64,000 nt of DNA, taken from positions 1 through 64,000 of the forward strand of contig JANHCV010000004.1 of NCBI GenBank assembly GCA_025594325.1, read 5' to 3'. The translations under genes were made by a program, and so were the position numbers. Every line of letters begins with the position of its first letter. Within the stretch, counting starts at the first letter, position 1. Positions 61,086-64,000 of this stretch are shown here, piece after piece. Below the pieces are notes generated by a model. That model did not search any database. It was not told the DNA's origin and worked only from the letters and a program-made list of their open reading frames with translations. This stretch comes from Blastocladiella emersonii ATCC 22665. Taxonomy: Eukaryota; Fungi; Blastocladiomycota.

Positions 61086-64000
61086 CTACTGCTTGTCGGC
61101 GACCCACTTGTCCCACGGCTGGACCTCGCCGCGCACGCGGCCCGCGGCCTTGCGCTCGGCCAGCGCGCGCGTCAGCATGTGCGCCGACGGCACGTCCGTC
61201 ACCAGCGGGACCCCGAGGTCCACGGCCACGCGCCGCACTGCGTAGTCCTTGTTGTGCACGCCCTCGGCCTTGGTCGACGACAGGTGCACCACGAGGTCCA
61301 CCTCGCCCAGCACCGCCTTGGCCGCCGTGCGCACCGTCTCGATCGTCGCACCGGCCGCCGCCGTCGCGAACACGTCAGAGTCGCCCGTGAGCACCGTGAC
61401 GCGCGCCGACTTGGCCGCCTTGGTCACCGCCGCCGCCACGCTCGCCGACGTCGTCAGGATCGGGTGCCCGAGCTGCGCAAACGCCGCCGCCACCGTCTCG
61501 GCCTCCTTGACCGCCGTGTCGCTCGCGTGGTCGACGAACACGGTGCGGCGCGGGATCCGCCACCCGTTGACCGCCTCGAGCGACGTCAGGAACGCCTCGG
61601 TCGCCGTCTTGCCAAAGCACGCCACCTCGCCCGTCGACGCCATCTCCACCGACAGCATCGGGTCTGCGCCCGCGAGACGCGTCCACGAGAACTGCGGCAC
61701 CTTGGTCGCCACCACGCCCGCCGGGATCTGCGCCTGCAGGTCGGCCGCCGCGGGCACCGCCTCGCCGACCATGGCCCGCGTCGCCACCTCGATCAGGTTG
61801 GTCCCGAACACCTTGCTCGAGAACGGGAACGACCGCGACGCGCGCAGGTTGCACTCGATCACCAGCAGCGCGTCGGTCCGCGGGTCGTGGATCACCTGCA
61901 TGTTGAACGGGCCCGAGATCTGCAGCGCCTTGGCCACCGCCGCAGCCACCGCCCGCACCCGCTGCCGCGTCGTCGTCGCCGGCTGCGATGCCGACGGCTG
62001 GTCGAGCTCGACCGCGGGGAGGATCAGGCTCGCGTCGCCCGAGTGCACGCCCGCGTTCTCGACGTGCAGCGACACGGCGTCCGCAATCAGCGCGCCCTGG
62101 TACGCCACGCCGTCCACATCAATCTCGTGCGCGCCCTCGATGAACTGCGTCACGACCACCGGGTGCTTGGGCGACACGCTCGCCGCCAGCGACAGGTACT
62201 CGGTCAGCTCGCCCGCGTTGCGCGCCACGCGCATCGCCGCACCCGACAGCACGTACGACGGGCGGACCAGCACCGGGTACCCGACGCGCTCGGCAAACGC
62301 CACCGCCTCGGCCGGCGTCGTCAGCTGCTGCCACTGCGGCTGCGCCACGCCCGCCGCGTCCAGCACCTGCGAGAACTGGTGCCGGTCCTCGGCCGCGTCG
62401 ATCATCTTGGGCGAGGTCCCCAGCACCGCGCACCCGGCCGCGGACAGCGGCAGCGCAATGTTCTGCGCCAGCTGGCCGCCCACGGAAACCACCACGCCCG
62501 TCGCCGCCTCGGCCTGGTAGATGTCGAGCACGCGCTCGAGCGACAGCTCCTCAAAATACAGGCGGTCGGCCTCGTCGTAGTCGGTCGACACCGTCTCGGG
62601 GTTGTAGTTGACCATGACCGTTTTCTTGCCCATGCCGCGCAGCGTGCGGATCGCCGACACGCCGCACCAGTCGAACTCGACCGACGACCCGATCCGGTAC
62701 ACGCCCGACCCGAGGACCATGGTGCCGTGGGCGTCAAACGTCACGTCGTGGGCGCTGCCGTGGTACGTCATGTACAGGTAGTTGGTGTCGGCGGGGAACT
62801 CGCCGGCAACGGTATCGATGCGCTTGATCCAGGGGGTGACGCCGAGCTGCGTGCGGTGCGCGCGCACCGCGAGCTCCGACGGCTGCGACGTGAGGGCGCC
62901 GGCGATCTGCTTGTCCGAGAACCCGAGCTGCTTGGCGGTGCGCACCGTGGTCGCGTCGAGCGTCGACAGGTCCGCGTGCGTGGACAGCGCGCGGTGCGCC
63001 GTGGCAATGTTGGCCAGCTTGTACAGGAACCACCGGTCCACCTTGGTGATCTCGAACAGCTCGTCGACCGTGTGCGTGCCGCGGTGCAGGGCCTCGCTCA
63101 GGTGGAACATGCGCGTGTCCGACGGCTTGGCCAGCAGCGCCGTGAGCCGCGACTTGGCCGCCTCGAGCGACTCGGCCGCGGGCGCAGCCTGCGGCGCGAA
63201 CCCGTCAATCGAGGGGTCGACCATGCGCATGGCCTTCTGCAGCGACTCCTCGAAGGTGCGGCCAATGGCCATGACCTCGCCGACCGACTTCATCTGCGAC
63301 CCGACGCTACGGCCGACGTGCGCGAACTTGGCGAGGTCCCAGCGCGGGATCTTGGTGACCACATAGTCGAGCGACGGCTCGAAGCACGCGGTGGTGGTCT
63401 TGGTGACGCCGTTGCGCAGGTCGGGCAGGCTGTAGCCTAGCGCGATCTTGGCGGCGACGAGGGCGAGCGGGTAGCCCGTGGCCTTGGACGCGAGCGCCGA
63501 CGACCGCGACAGGCGCGCGTTGACCTCGATGACGGCGTACTCGAGCGTGTCCGGGTTGAGCGCGTACTGCACGTTGCACTCGCCGACGACGCCGAGGTGG
63601 CGGATGATGCGGATCGCGGCGGTGCGCAGCATGTGGTACTCCTGGTCCGACAGCGTCTGCGACGGCGCGACGACCACGCTGTCGCCCGTGTGGACGCCGA
63701 GCGGGTCGAGGTTTTCCATGTTGCACACGGTGATGCAGTTGTCCTCGGCGTCGCGGACCACCTCGTACTCGACCTCCTTCCACCCCTTCATGGACCGCTC
63801 GACGAGGATCTGCGGCGACAGCGTCAGGGACTGCGTCGCGAGCGCGTGCAGCTCGTCCGCGTCGTTGGCGAAGCCGGACCCGAGGCCGCCGAGCGCGAAC
63901 GCGGACCGCACGATGACCGGATAGCCGATATCCTTGGCCGCGGCGAGGGCCTCGTCGACCGTCTCGACGGCAACGCTGGTGGCGATCGGGATGTCGATCT
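61086..64000 (-). CDS. CPA2: Carbamoyl-phosphate synthase large chain, arginine-pathway type; 5' part lies outside the window
   Basis: [61 protein letters not shown] and [10 protein letters not shown] motifs. It ends in an MGS-like domain with no DHO/ATC fused downstream. Confidence 0.95.
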   Translation of the reverse strand, partial: IDIPIATSVAVETVDEALAAAKDIGYPVIVRSAFALGGLGSGFANDADELHALATQSLTLSPQILVERSMKGWKEVEYEVVRDAEDNCITVCNMENLDPLGVHTGDSVVVAPSQTLSDQEYHMLRTAAIRIIRHLGVVGECNVQYALNPDTLEYAVIEVNARLSRSSALASKATGYPLALVAAKIALGYSLPDLRNGVTKTTTACFEPSLDYVVTKIPRWDLAKFAHVGRSVGSQMKSVGEVMAIGRTFEESLQKAMRMVDPSIDGFAPQAAPAAESLEAAKSRLTALLAKPSDTRMFHLSEALHRGTHTVDELFEITKVDRWFLYKLANIATAHRALSTHADLSTLDATTVRTAKQLGFSDKQIAGALTSQPSELAVRAHRTQLGVTPWIKRIDTVAGEFPADTNYLYMTYHGSAHDVTFDAHGTMVLGSGVYRIGSSVEFDWCGVSAIRTLRGMGKKTVMVNYNPETVSTDYDEADRLYFEELSLERVLDIYQAEAATGVVVSVGGQLAQNIALPLSAAGCAVLGTSPKMIDAAEDRHQFSQVLDAAGVAQPQWQQLTTPAEAVAFAERVGYPVLVRPSYVLSGAAMRVARNAGELTEYLSLAASVSPKHPVVVTQFIEGAHEIDVDGVAYQGALIADAVSLHVENAGVHSGDASLILPAVELDQPSASQPATTTRQRVRAVAAAVAKALQISGPFNMQVIHDPRTDALLVIECNLRASRSFPFSSKVFGTNLIEVATRAMVGEAVPAAADLQAQIPAGVVATKVPQFSWTRLAGADPMLSVEMASTGEVACFGKTATEAFLTSLEAVNGWRIPRRTVFVDHASDTAVKEAETVAAAFAQLGHPILTTSASVAAAVTKAAKSARVTVLTGDSDVFATAAAGATIETVRTAAKAVLGEVDLVVHLSSTKAEGVHNKDYAVRRVAVDLGVPLVTDVPSAHMLTRALAERKAAGRVRGEVQPWDKWVADKQ

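Noticed and set aside
1-64000. tRNA, rRNA, CRISPR arrays and prokaryotic operons
   Set aside because: None was seen by eye. The window is spliceosomal-intron-containing eukaryotic DNA. tRNAscan-SE or Infernal would be needed to exclude small RNAs.

Overview
Gene-dense, intron-rich, GC-rich eukaryotic DNA from a zoosporic (flagellated) early-diverging fungus. From memory, the MPP-alpha protein closely matches the Blastocladiella emersonii sequence; a BLASTP would confirm or refute this. Introns typically use GTACGT/GTGCGT/GTACGC donors, CTAAC/CTGAC branch points and YAG acceptors. The window holds about 19 recognisable genes: FAN1, a BAR-SH3 protein, a ZBBX-like protein, MPP-alpha, an NmrA-like protein, UBP15/USP7, SHQ1, citrate synthase, a divergent eIF3c, an SLS1-like protein, a PH/coiled-coil protein, SDF2, Nma111, a CHERP-like protein, an SSS transporter, a beta-helix/multi-TM receptor-like protein, a tandem cNMP-binding protein, NDUFB7 and a partial CPS large chain. 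It also holds a 5'-truncated RNase H-bearing LINE and a 138-bp tandem repeat at the left edge. The standout region is 49-61 kb. A ~1.9-kb inverted, near-identical copy of the promoter, exon 1, intron and conserved domain of a putative transcription-regulator gene (57673-59857) sits inside a decayed TM9SF/EMP70 gene. Its junctions look microhomology-templated. It creates a 577-codon spliced chimeric ORF (putative DNA-binding domain plus membrane segments) and leaves a 7.4-kb segment flanked by long inverted repeats. All calls were made by eye and none was checked against a database.
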